A stretch of DNA of 61,565 nucleotides, the filler included, from Hausera hauseri (taxonomy: Eukaryota): NCBI GenBank assembly GCA_046269625.1. It is 11 parts of 11 records of this genome, joined end to end, with 100 filler letters (N's around TTAATTAATTAA, not from the genome) between each part and the next. Parts side by side here need not be neighbours in the genome. Positions count along the whole stretch, not along the records: positions 1 to 6,159 come from JBJURY010132650.1; positions 6,260 to 11,160 come from JBJURY010398034.1; positions 11,261 to 15,872 come from JBJURY010504797.1; 8 more parts are not named here. One strand, given 5' to 3'. The translations under genes were made by a program, and so were the position numbers. The notes beneath the pieces were generated by a model. The model saw only the letters and a program-made list of their open reading frames with translations, ran no database searches and was not told the DNA's origin. The first letter of the stretch is position 1. The number at the start of each line of letters is the position of its first letter. Shown piece by piece: positions 1 to 11,412 of the stretch.

Positions 1-347
1 AGGATGTGGTATAATCGATTAAGCAGGCGTAGAATCTGATGTAGATTGAAGTATCTAATTGACATATCTTAAATGTGTTAACGATGATAGTTCAACTCAA
101 TTCATAACTCATACCATGTGTACAATTAGCCTCATGTGTACAATCCTATGTACATTATGAGGATTGTGATTTTACATTTATTTTCAGGGATTATTTATTT
201 TAATTTTGTTCTTGATTTCCCTTTTATCAAGCCAAGTATTAATTTTCTGGTTTTTTTTCTTTTTTTTCTTATTTATCATTATCAAGTAAACATTCTCTCC
301 AGAATTTTGTCATTATATTGTTTTCAGAATTGTATAATCTGTTTTAG

Positions 348-527
348 TTTGATGTAATGGTTACTGGAAGCCCTGCCAAGAAAATTCTGCTAATAGTCCA
401 TGAGAAAAGTGGCAGGATATGCAGCAGGCAAGTGAAAAGCTCGAAAAAGATGCCATGGCTGTTTGCTCACCACCACCTCCGTTGTCATCGCCTCTTGTAT
501 GCCATGTCAATTCAGCAACAGCAGTTG
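348..527 (+). CDS. PNPLA6: Exon of a diverged PNPLA6/7 (neuropathy target esterase / swiss cheese)-like gene
   Basis: ttttag| acceptor and |gtaatt donor, phase 0. Encodes FDVMVTGSPAKKILLIVHEKSG...WLFAHHHLRCHRLLY, resembling NTE ALKQLVLLHREEG...WCSGHLHLRCPRRLF. Confidence 0.6.
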
Positions 528-639
528 GTAATTTCTTATAATGATCTTATATGTCTAACTCGATTGTATTTGCCTTAACTGACTTATTAACCAATCAATT
601 TGTTTTTGCTTTTGAGTTGATGTGTCAGTCTTTATTTTA

Positions 640-1060
640 TATATACAGCACATGGACTTTCACAGTTGCATCTGGAGACAGAACAGTCAAAGAAGCGAGT
701 TTTGCTTTTTTGTGACCACAAGCAGCATGACCATTGCAATGAATTGGCTGAAAACATGGAATATCTCGCAAGTGACTCAGTGAGTATGCTCTGCAGTCTG
801 TGAAGAAGACCAGGTTGCAGACAGTCATTTTCATACCAGGCCATGCAGGGGAGAGAGGGGTCTGTCTGCTGACAGACCGCCGAGTAAAACTAATGTTCCA
901 GTGGAAGAGCAATGGATAACAAATTTTCTGGACTTTCTGAACGCCCTTAAGAAGACAAGCCTGTCAGAGAATTCATGGTATACTAAGATTCTGTGTCAAT
1001 GTTATGAATGCAGGGATTCAGAGTGAAATATGGGCTTGTATGGGGAATGGAGGAAGATTA
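640..1060 (+). mobile_element. Decayed RNase H-type retroelement (non-LTR-like) remnant in an intron
   Basis: Frameshifted fragments AWTFTVASGDRTVKEAS, TTSSMT, SDSVSML and IFIPGHAG match RNase H motifs (DS.S.L; W/FIPGHAG). Confidence 0.5.
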
Positions 1061-1556
1061 ATTATAAAAAGCAAAACTGAAAATGATGCTCGCCCTATGA
1101 TGGTGACATTTGAATACCTAGTTACAGAACTTGTCCGGTGCGCTCTAATGATGATCTGATTAACTAAATAATAGCTGGCTGACACACAAATGAGCAAATA
1201 CATTTATTTGCCAGCGTTCATTTCATTCAGCCATACACATAAATCTCCATCTTTCTCAGCATATACACATTCACACTATGTGTAAACCAAGTCATACTGG
1301 GTGAAATAAAATTAGAAAATTAGGTTCGCTGTAAATACCAGTACAGAAGGCAAGCACACTGATCTGACAAGATACAACAAGAGTTATGTCATCTAAAGTA
1401 TGATGAAAAACGGAGTGCATTATGTGTGAATGAGCATAAGCACATATCCATTCATATATCTGGTGACAGATGTCACAAAGTAACACAAAGTCATAAAATG
1501 ACTTGCGGTCAATAATTAATAATTTAGTAGTTAGAAAACTTATTATGTCTTTGCAG

Positions 1557-1675
1557 CATGACCTGTACAAAAGGACTGCCCAGACAAAACCTGATGAAAT
1601 GTCAGGCACCTCACGCCTAGCACGAATGTTAACAGGAAATACCATAGGCTTTGAGCTAGGTGGAGGTGGTGCCAT
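1557..1675 (+). CDS. PNPLA6: Exon of PNPLA6/7-like gene containing the patatin glycine-rich oxyanion motif
   Basis: tttgcag| acceptor. HDLYKRTAQTKPDEMSGTSRLARMLTGNTIGFELGGGGA matches NTE [24 protein letters not shown]. Probable donor gt at 1676. Confidence 0.7.
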
Positions 1676-2159
1676 GTTACAGTCAGTACTAAACTAAGCG
1701 TAGATGGAACAATACATATTAATTCCCCCACACATTGATGACGGTTGATTAATGATAGGCATGATGACCTCGCCTGTATCAGAGTGACCATCTGTAGCAA
1801 AGACTAGAAGATACCACAGAAATCGACATAGAAGCCTGTCAAGCAGCAGCGATAATATTATTCTGGATACAAGCTGGGAAGACGACAAACGAAATATTTC
1901 AGAACAATGGTAATACATTTGTCAAATTTAAAGACATTGAGGTTGTGAAAGCACACTGATCGTTGATTATCGAAAATAAAATGCCAAGCGCAGCTTTTCG
2001 ACGCTGAGAAATAATTATAATTATCGGAAGCCCGAGTGGTAACAAGCAAGAATGTTAGAAACCAGCAGACAAACAGCGCCACATATTTCAAGAACGTTAT
2101 GACAAAAGTAGAGTAAGAAATACAATGATGGGAAAATGAAATATGAGCCAGGCTGACAA

Positions 2160-2500
2160 GATATTGGATTGGATGGATTGGATGTTGATCTCATCATCGA
2201 GCGCCAGCCCTTGTGATGGGCCCTGAGCAAGGGCCGTAGTCCTAAAAAGAACTACAAGAGTGGTATTGTTGAGCATTTCTTCTGTCCCGGTGGAATCTAG
2301 TAGGGTGGACCGGGGTCCTCCAGGCTTGAGTGCTATGCTTGGCCTCCTAGGAGTGATCCACTTCTCAACGTGGGGACTGTGGGCGATCCTTGCATCGTTA
2401 GCCAGAGTTGCCTCTGTTTCCAGGACGGACCACGCGGAGGTGATGCAAGGTCTTGGCCAGTATGTTGGTGCCTGGCCCTGACGAGATCGCAAAGCGATCT
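2160..2500 (-). mobile_element. 3' remnant of an RTE/CR1-like LINE with (ATCCA)n-like tail
   Basis: GGPRSTLLD (cf. GRPRxTWxD) and ..GWRSMM motifs, followed by a catccaatccatccaatcc tail. Confidence 0.35.
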
Positions 2501-3449
2501 CACTTCTCACCATCCCGGCTGACAAGATAAGAGTGACCTTATTGGGGAAAGCTATTTTTCATTCAGAGGAATGAATATAACAATATTTTTCAAAAGGGAG
2601 CGGGGCATGATCGGAGTTACAAAACCCTACCATCCAGGATGAATTGGAGGGGTCATCCAAACTATATGAATGTATGGAGAATGAATGACATGAACAAATG
2701 AGTCAAGTGCGGGATTTAAAGGGATTACAGTAAACCACAAGAGTTGATGTCCATCAAGGATAAATGAATACAGTGAGATTGAGAAAGAAAGTGATAGTTG
2801 GAACTGTTGAGTTTTTTTTTTATTATTGTTGTTATTATTTTTACAAGTGTGAATGCGATTAGTAGATAAGAAATTGTATCTGCTAGAAAGCAGAAAACAA
2901 TTGTCCATTTTGCAGGAAGGGAACATGATTGTGGCAGCAATTACCCACCCTTAGCAAAGAAGGTAAACAAGGGAATGCTGGGAAAAACTACAGCATTGGT
3001 TTGGTTCACGATTGTGAGGCTAAGCCACATGTGTTCTGACATAAGTTTGAAAAGAAGGACAGTGAGTCACTGGTCTTTGCGTTGTGAAAACCAAGTTGTA
3101 AAAAATGGAGAAGATGTATTCTTTATCAGCTGTTGTTTGTTATTAAAGAAAGAATCCTGAGTCTTCACAGAAAAAAAAAGCCTGTACCTGAGAATGAATT
3201 CAAGATAACAAAGAGAAGGTTTGAATTCAAGATAACAAAAAGAAGGTTGGTTAGAATATGATTTCATATGTTGAAATAATATTTCATATTTCCCATGACC
3301 CGCTAATCATTATCAACGTGAGTACAGTAAATTTAGATGATAGCTTGATGTGACTTGTACATGGTGAATTGTGGTTACTATTAACGACTCACAACTGTTT
3401 AATGCAACTTTCTGTACATATATTCGGCAAACTTGTTCACTTTTGCTGA

Positions 3450-4138
3450 AACACTTGGTATATGAGAATCACTGAACCATACTGCTTTGTATCCACAACA
3501 TGGTGTGGAAATGTTTACATATCTATAATAACAAAATTGCAGAAAGAGGCTCAAGTGAGTACTTTACATGTGTTTTACTTTACTGACGACTTCTTTTTCA
3601 CTGCTGGCCCGAGAATAAATTACTATGAAGGTTATTGCATTTTAAGAGGAGCTAGGAAGTGTCTACTAAAATACAGCAGGCATACTGCCAAACACAGGCT
3701 AAAGTTGAAGTAGAGTATTCATTGGAAAGCTCGAGGCATAAGAGACAGTATTGAGACAAAACAAACGAGCATTTACCCTACTGTGAAGAGAGAATATATG
3801 TATATGAACTTACTAGTTATATTTCACGGTCATGGCATGTTTATACTAAATATATACTGGCATGACACTATCAGCAACCCTGACCTCTGGCAGAAAACAA
3901 ACCAACACCCAGTTGATGAAGATATTGCAAGAACACATTGGAGATAGATAGAACATGCGCTCCAAAAACCCCAGACAAATTGTACTGGACAGGCACTAAC
4001 CTGGAATTCCCTGGGAATCAGAAATGTAGGAAGAAATATGAGCTACACCTGGAACCAGATGGAAAGAAAAGCCCAAGACAGGAACGGTTGGAGAGCTCTT
4101 GTAGACGACCTATGGTCCACAAAGGGGTCGCATGGATA
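3450..4138 (+). repeat. Direct duplication, copy 1 (~690 bp)
   Basis: Near-identical to 5472-6159 by direct comparison. Confidence 0.95.
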
Positions 4139-4142
4139 AGTA
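3855..4142 (+). mobile_element. RTE-clade LINE 3' end remnant (duplicated at ~5877-6159)
   Basis: WHDTISNPDLWQKTNQHPVDEDIARTHWR*IEH...QALTWN...TWNQMERKAQDR..WRALVDDL, the typical RTE RT C-terminus. Confidence 0.75.
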
Positions 4143-4212
4143 AAAACTGGCTCTTTAAAGAAACTTTTGAATCGGCATCATTTTTCAAGATATGAGAGCT
4201 TGCCAGGCTTGC

Positions 4213-4326
4213 AGGATGTGGTATAATCGATTAAGCAGGCGTAGAATCTGATGTAGATTGAAGTATCTAATTGACATATCTTAAATGTGATAATGATGAT
4301 AGTTCAACTCAATTCATAACTCATAC
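4213..4326 (+). repeat. ~113-bp direct repeat of window positions 1-113
   Basis: aggatgtggtataatcgattaagcaggcgtag...cataactcatac is present at both positions. Confidence 0.9.
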
Positions 4327-4441
4327 ATCACAACAACAACAACATATATATATATAGAATGGGCAAACAAATTCTGAATATATAATTTAGAAATGTATAA
4401 TTATTTGTTTCATTTAATAAATTGACTGTCTGGCTTTGCAG

Positions 4442-4594
4442 ATTCCATCATGGGTCAATATCCAGAAGCAGCTATCCTGCTTTTCGTCCATACAGCAGAT
4501 GAAGTCTGTGAAACAGTTAGAAAATGTTCTTTTATTAATACCACCAGTGAAACAGTACGGTCTATTCGAGTTCAGTAAATGTGATGTCATCATG
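4442..4594 (+). CDS. PNPLA6: Exon of PNPLA6/7-like gene (end of patatin region)
   Basis: tttgcag| acceptor and |gtgagt donor, 153 nt. IPSWVNIQKQLSCFSSIQQMKSVK...PPVKQYGLFEFSKCDVI resembles NTE [24 protein letters not shown]...PPIDCFKTMDFGKFDQI. Confidence 0.7.
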
Positions 4595-5471
4595 GTGAGT
4601 TTTGTCTTTGATGCTGCTTTTAATATTAAGATAGAAGGAATACCACAGAAAACAGTATCCCATGGTGTACTGGATTTGCACTAAGAAGAGGCAAGACAAG
4701 TACACATATCCCATATACAGGTACAAGTAGTATAGTAGAAGCAGACTGGGAAGAATGGAGTGGTGAGCACTCAAAACGGAAAAGTGACACACCTTTATAA
4801 TATTGTTTAATGGAGTCGTTTGACCGGTCCAAGGGTCAGTAACTGCCACAAGAGGAAAGAACCAAGCACTGAAGAGAACCGACAAGAAAATACGTCGGCA
4901 TCGCCAACGCGCAATGAGACGATGTCGCTAAGCGATGTCGTTAACTCGATCCATTCGAAAGTCACCAGTCCGACTGGAAGGAGCTACAGACCCTTACCAA
5001 CTCCATGTCAAGGGGATAGCTCAGTCATCGACATTGGTGTTTGCCAGCAGAACCATTTGTTGAATGCCCGCACATTTAGTTGGCATATTACTATGAACAT
5101 TTACGACACCAGAAGCTCGCCCACGAGCAAATGAGTAGTCCTTATCATTACCAATGCTCCAGTCTTACTTTGTGAGCATGAGACTGTACGCGTGTTGAAG
5201 ACAAGAACGACCAACCAACACCTTCATCGAAGCCAACCCATAACCGGTTTACGAAGTGCGATAAAGACTTCATTATCACACCGCGTGGAGACCAAAGTAT
5301 AGACTGTCCAACTACAGACGTGTGAGATCCGTTCAACAGAAAGACTCTTGACCATTGGAACGACCCTTATCAATTCCTTGGAAGTCATTGTGTAACAGTG
5401 AAGCAAGCACGTCACAGAAAGTCGGCGGCAGGACTACAATTATTAGTTAGTATTTGCATATTAAATTCATT

Positions 5472-6159
5472 AACACTTGGTATATGAGAATCACTGAACC
5501 ATACTGCTTTGTATCCACAACATAGTGTGGAAATGTTTACATATCTATAATAACAAAATTGCATAAAGAGGCTCAAGTGAGTACTTTACATGTGTTTTAC
5601 TTTACTGACGACTTCTTTTTCACTGCTGGCCCAAGAATAAAATTACTATGAAGGTTATTGGATTTTAAGAGGAGCTAGGAAGTGTCTACTAAAATACAGC
5701 AGGCATATTGCCAAACACAGGCTAAAGTTGAAGTAGAGTATTCATTGGAAAGCTCGAGGCATAAGAGACAGTATTGCGACAAAACAAACGAGCATTTACC
5801 CTACTGTGAAGAGAGAATATATGTATATGAACTTACTAATTATTTCACGGTCATGGCATGTTTATACTAAATATTTACTGGCATGACACTGTCAGCAACC
5901 CTGACCTCTGGCAGAAAACAAACCAACACCCAGTTGATGAAGATACTGCAAGAACACATTGGAGATAGATAGAACATACGCTCCAAAAACCCCAGACAAA
6001 TTGTACTAGACAGGCACTAACCTGGAATTCCCTGGGAATCAGAAATGTAGGAAGAAATATGAGCTACACCTGGAACCAGATAGAAAGAAAAGCCCAAGAC
6101 AGGAACGGTTGGAGAGCTCTTGTAGACGACCTATGGTCCACAAAGGGGTCGCATGGATA
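5472..6159 (+). repeat. Direct duplication, copy 2 (truncated by linker)
   Basis: Near-identical to 3450-4138. Confidence 0.95.
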
Positions 6160-6259
6160 NNNNNNNNNNNNNNNNNNNNNNNNNNNNNNNNNNNNNNNNN
6201 NNNTTAATTAATTAANNNNNNNNNNNNNNNNNNNNNNNNNNNNNNNNNNNNNNNNNNNN
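6160..6259. other. Assembly linker (44N-TTAATTAATTAA-44N); identical linkers at 11161-11260, 15873-15972, 21073-21172, 26108-26207, 32239-32338, 40611-40710, 45032-45131, 49396-49495 and 54812-54911; plain 10-N gap at 59303-59312
   Basis: Seen directly. The 12-mer places stop codons in all six frames. Confidence 0.98.
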
Positions 6260-7831
6260 AAGCCCAGTGGAAGATAACTTTAGTTTGCTACTTGTGTGCA
6301 AGAGCATTTACCACTGGCAATCACAAAGTTCGGGATCACTGCCATGTCACTGGAAGATACCGTGGTCCTACATGCAATTCATGCAATCTCCGCTGTCCCG
6401 TTATATTTCATAATTTAAGCGGATATGATCCACATTTTATTATCAGGAAACTTGGGAATGTGATTGGAAAATTGATGTAATTCCCCATAGTAAAGAAAAA
6501 TATATTACTTTTACTGTGCATTTTGGAACCATGCAGCTGCGTTTCGTAGACAGCTTAAAATTTATGAGCAGCCGTTTGGCTCAACTTGTGAAAAATCTTC
6601 CAGAGAATGAATTAATGGAAACCAAAAGATATTTCCAGGATGATAAATTCCATCTAGTGAAAAGAAAATGTGTTTTTCCATATGACTACGTCACTTCATG
6701 GAAAAAATGGATGAAACTAACATACCAGCTCTGGAAAGTTTTTATAACAAATTTTCGGATTCGGAGATTAGCGAAGAAGATTATTCACATGCTCAAACTG
6801 TATGGAGCTCATTCAACTGTAAGACACTGTGTGATTACAGTGATGTCTACCTATTGACTGATGTGCTTTTTCTAGCTAATGTATTTGAGAGTTTCCGAAA
6901 TGTGACAGTGGCAAGCCATAAAGTTGATTCTGCTCATTTCTTCACAGCTCCTGGAATAACATGGTCGGCATTGTTAAAATTCACGGGAGTTCAGATGCAA
7001 TGGTTGAAGGACTACGACATGATATTAATGTTGGAAAGGAGAATACGAGAGGGAATATGCCAAGTAGTCCATCGGTACGCTGAATCCAATAACAAGTACA
7101 TGAGTGACTATAATTCAAAGAAACCAGCATCTTCCGTAATGTACCTTGATGCAAATAATTTCTATTGATGGGTGATGAGTTTCAGTTTACCATATGGAAA
7201 ATTTCAATGGGTCGATAATCCCAGTCAAAGTGATATCATGGATATTCCACCAGATTCAGAAACAGGATACATTTTGGAGGTCGACATAGTTTACCCTGCA
7301 TCCCTACATGATGCACATGATCAGCTGCCATTCCTGCCTGAATCAAAAATATTACCAAATGGCAAATTTAAAAAATTACTACTACATTTGGATAATCGGA
7401 AACGATATATCGGTCATTATATTGCTTTGCAACAGGCAGTGATAAATGGTGTATATATTACAAAGATCCACCGAGCCTTGCAACTAAGTCAGTCAAAATG
7501 GCTTTAGCCGTACATACAACTTAATACTGACCTGAAAATTGCTGCAAAATGATTTTTAAAAGGACCAATTCAAGTTGTATAATAATTCGGTTTTTTGTAA
7601 GACTATGGAAAATGTCTAAAATCGCAAATGTATTGCATTGGTTAATGATTGGAGTGGAGCAAGGAAATTAATTGCAAAGCCTCATTTCCTACATAGTGAC
7701 ATATACACCGTAAACCTGGTGAGTATTTGCATGGCGAAAACGGCACTCAAGTTTGACAAACCAATCTACATCGGAATGAGCATTTTGGACCTGTCGAAAA
7801 CTGTCATGTATGATTTCCATTACAATGTAAT
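6260..7831 (+). pseudogene. Polinton/Maverick protein-primed family B DNA polymerase (pPolB), decayed, interrupted by LTR insertion
   Basis: RDHCHVTGRYRG..CNL, FHNLSGYD, DSLKF, FPYDY, YLDANNFY, FK...NNSVF..TMEN and KPIYIGMSILDLSK motifs, with frameshifts and stops. Confidence 0.9.
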
Positions 7832-8564
7832 TGTGAGAAAATTGTTAAACAACTTGGATTAAATGATTGTGAATGCGAAATTTATGTAATGTAGAAATTA
7901 TTGTAAATCATTATTAGTTAAATTTAATTAAAACAAACCAGCTGTGGATTTCTAGACAAATAAACCATTTGTAAATAATAGAGTCAGTTACGTGAACAGA
8001 AGAAATTGAATTTATTGCAAATTTAATGTCACATCAACATAAGAAATTGAAATTAATTGAAAGTGAATGTTGTATAAACATGAGAGTTGGAGAACCAGCA
8101 CTATATAAACAAACTAGATTAGCGAAAGAGGCAGAAGCGAAAACTGACTTTAGAGTTAGAAAATCAATTGATCAAATTTACTATTGACGTTATTCTTCCA
8201 GTGATTTATTCTTCCTTTTAGTGATTTGAAGGTGTTACTTTTTGGTGAGTTGAATAAAGGTTATTATTTAACTTGACTGTCTGTTAAAATCCTTAATATA
8301 GTTTTGCATCGTCTCTTAAAGGCGATTAGCCTACCCTAAGGATAAAATCAACTTAAACTACATAGATAAGACTAGAATTTTTAATTTAAGACACGCATTG
8401 TTATTGCAAGCAGTACCAGCATTACTGTATAATTTCAATTAAAATCTTAAGGCACAAACAGACTATTCGAGAACGAATAGTCCTAACCTGCTAATTCGAA
8501 GACTAAATTCAAGAGAAAACATTGTTATAGTGGGAGACGGTAAGGGCCACCCCCAACTGTAACA
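7832..8564 (+). repeat. 5' LTR of Env-bearing Ty3/Gypsy element (family A)
   Basis: Begins TGT where pPolB homology stops (start approximate) and ends TGTAACA just before the PBS. TATATAA at ~8102, AATAAA at ~8253. Confidence 0.7.
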
Positions 8565-8568
8565 TATT

Positions 8569-8584
8569 TGGCGATCCTAGCAGG
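8569..8584 (+). promoter_or_regulatory. Primer-binding site, tRNA-Arg(ACG)-like
   Basis: TGGCGATCCTAGCAGG, versus the complement of the invertebrate tRNA-Arg(ACG) 3' end TGGCGATCCTGCCAGG (recalled). Confidence 0.7.
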
Positions 8585-8940
8585 GCAGTTTGTGCCTCGC
8601 TAGACATTACTTTTGAGAGTCAATTAACAACATACAAGCCAATAGCGCCATTTACACCAAATAATTGTTATACGAGTTTAGAGTGTAAAATTGGGAACAT
8701 AAGTGGTTAGAAGGGAAATAAGTAAAGATTAATTTGAGAGCAAACATTGATAGGTTTAACTCGTGTCAAAACCTATTAGTAAACGGTATAGAGAAACGTA
8801 ATCCAAGGGAAACTCGAAATAAACTTTATATCAAAGATAAGGTAATTGATAAGCGCTGTTTAGCCGACACTGAACTAGCCTCTGTTAAAGAATTCAAAGC
8901 TCCTCCTAGAATTAAAGTAGACAAACCGAATAAATTAAAG

Positions 8941-9985
8941 ATGGCAGCAGATAACCCAGCCATAGCTCAAAAACTGGATATATTTACGTTTGATTCCTTG
9001 AACTTACCGGCATATGATAGTGACCCGGACGGGCTAAACGACTTTTTAAGCACTTATAAATTACATGCAGAAGGTGCCAGTCTTGCGCCCGAAGTTATGA
9101 TTCAACGACTGTCATTATACTTACAAAACTTGGCTGCAGACGCCTACAGTGAACTTATTAACGAAGAGAAGAAATCATGGTCATCCGTAGTATGAGCCCT
9201 GAACCGTATACTATTGCCAACGGTGACGCCACAGCAAAAGCTTATGGCCTTCCAGAATAGAACGTAACAAAAAGGTGAGTCGGTTACTCAATTCGCATTC
9301 GCACTAAAGAAGCTTGCTAATAGTTACGTGAGTACGCTAAGGATAGCTAATGCGACAAAGGCAAAGAGAGACGCAGAACGCGAAGCGGCAGAAAAGGCGA
9401 GTCCGCCAGATTTAGATGTCATGATGACAACTCAGTTAATAAACGGTATATGGTCCATAGATTTAGTTAAGCAACTAATTTTAGCTCGACCAGACAATTT
9501 ATAGGCAGCATTACAATTATCTCAGAACTTAGAAATGGTGTTAGATAGATACGCTAGACAGAGTGTTAGGTATGACCGAAATAATGATCGCGATAACCGG
9601 GATAGGAATCGAAACAATAGAAGATTTAACGATAATAATAAGGACCGAGGATGAGAATAGAGCTCAAAATGCCTCTAATCGCAGCACGAGATATGGCAAT
9701 AGGAACTTTAATGATAATCGGAATACATAATCCTTATAACAAAACAGGTTATATTTCGGATAGAAATCAAAATAATGACCGAAGCAATAAGAACCGATAT
9801 ATAGATAATCCGAGTTTTGAAAACACAAAGAACGGAATCGAGAAGCAAGCTCAAAACAAGACAATAGCTATGCCCAAATCACCAGTGAATGAAGATGGAC
9901 GACAAAAGATCGGCCGAGACGGAAATCGGATTTGTTATTTATGTGGTAAGGAAGGACATATAGCTAGATCATGCCCTAATCCACG
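8941..9985 (+). pseudogene. gag: Gag with MHR-like motif and CCHC zinc knuckle
   Basis: LPAYDSDP..LNDFL, YLQNLAADAY, R.*QKGESVTQF, CYLCGKEGHIARSC; internal stops. Confidence 0.85.
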
Positions 9986-11160
9986 GAGCGTATCATTTTC
10001 AGAGACTAGTAAAGCTAGCACGATAAAAGATAATTTGGAAGGGATCTATGGAAAACGAGGTGATGTAAGCATGATTATCGAGATGCAAGACTTAAGAAGG
10101 TATGTAAGAAATATGGGCAAATCTAATAATCCATAAGTAATCAAGGCTAGGAAGGAATATGAAGAAAAGCTGCACCAAATGGAAGTTTACCATGGGTTAA
10201 GAGAGCCAAAAACAGTACGAAAAAGTTAAGCACCTAGGAATACTAACATGGCCAGGAAGAAAAACCTAAATCAAGCAACAAAAGAGGAGAAAGAAGAAAA
10301 GCCTACTACGTCGTCAAGTGTTGACGTGGACGCAGATACCGAAATCGTGTCACAAAATAAGGATAAAACAACAGATGAGGTCGAGAGTGAATTCATTGGG
10401 CCATTAATACTTAAGATAACCAAGAATAGAGGTAGAAGCCCTTCTCTTAGAAGAAGGTCAGGAACTCGTTCACGATCCCCTATTAAAAGGATTTAGAAAA
10501 GAAGGAAGACTTCACCATCACTTTAAGAGATGAAGCGGAGTTACATACTCATGTTTTAATCCAAAACGTTCCGGAAATAAAAGATATTTCGAATATCGAT
10601 GAAATTAATGAAATATGTCCGTTACCACTTAGTGAAGAGGAATCAGAAGAGGAAAAATCTACTAAATTTAGGAAGATTAGAAAATCTTGGAAAAATGCAA
10701 GCGAACTAACCAAAATGAGAGACGCACTGAATGATCCCGAAAGGCTACAGGACAGCTTACAAAAACTCCAGCAGATGAGCAAACAGTTGGATATCTCCGG
10801 AAAAAACAACAATTCACAGAAAAGCTATATAAAAAGCTTAAACCCGGTTCTCAGAGAAAGGAAGAAAACACACCTTACGAACTGCAGGAAACGCCGCAAG
10901 ACTTGATAGAAAGTTGGCAAAATAAATTAGAACTGTGGACAAGGAGTGGGATTGATTTTACGAAAATATGGTGGAACAGAAACGAGCCATTTCTCGAGCA
11001 AGTTAATCAAGCACGCGGACTATTAAACACACTAAAGGATAACCCAAAATTGAAACGCGTAAGACGTAATTTAGAAGGATTGATATATGAGATCGAAGAA
11101 GCAATAATTTCTTATCTTCATAATAAGCCAGTATACGAACTGACTAATGCCGACTTAGAG
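9986..11160 (+). pseudogene. Post-Gag extension region X (N-terminal part), unknown function
   Basis: Continues in the knuckle frame (ORFs 9651 and 10248 share a frame). Homologous to 24830-26030 (e.g. PLILKITKNRG.SPSL, NPKLKR..RNL). Confidence 0.75.
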
Positions 11161-11412
11161 NNNNNNNNNNNNNNNNNNNNNNNNNNNNNNNNNNNNNNNN
11201 NNNNTTAATTAATTAANNNNNNNNNNNNNNNNNNNNNNNNNNNNNNNNNNNNNNNNNNNNGGAGAGATTCTAGAAATTTGCCTCGAGAAGTAAATTGATC
11301 TAAACTATTTGAAAAAGAAGAACATTAGAATAGACCATCCTCTAGCAATGGCAATAACAGACTCGAAGATGTAGTACGAAACTTAACCCGTAATAACCGA
11401 TGAAACAAATCG

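Noticed and set aside
4820-5430. GC-richer segment with short ORFs, possible retroelement fragment
   Set aside because: No recognisable motif in the frames examined.
6204-6215. TTAATTAATTAA recurring every 4-8 kb, resembling a regularly spaced repeat or array
   Set aside because: Always centred in 44+44 Ns; an artificial assembly linker.
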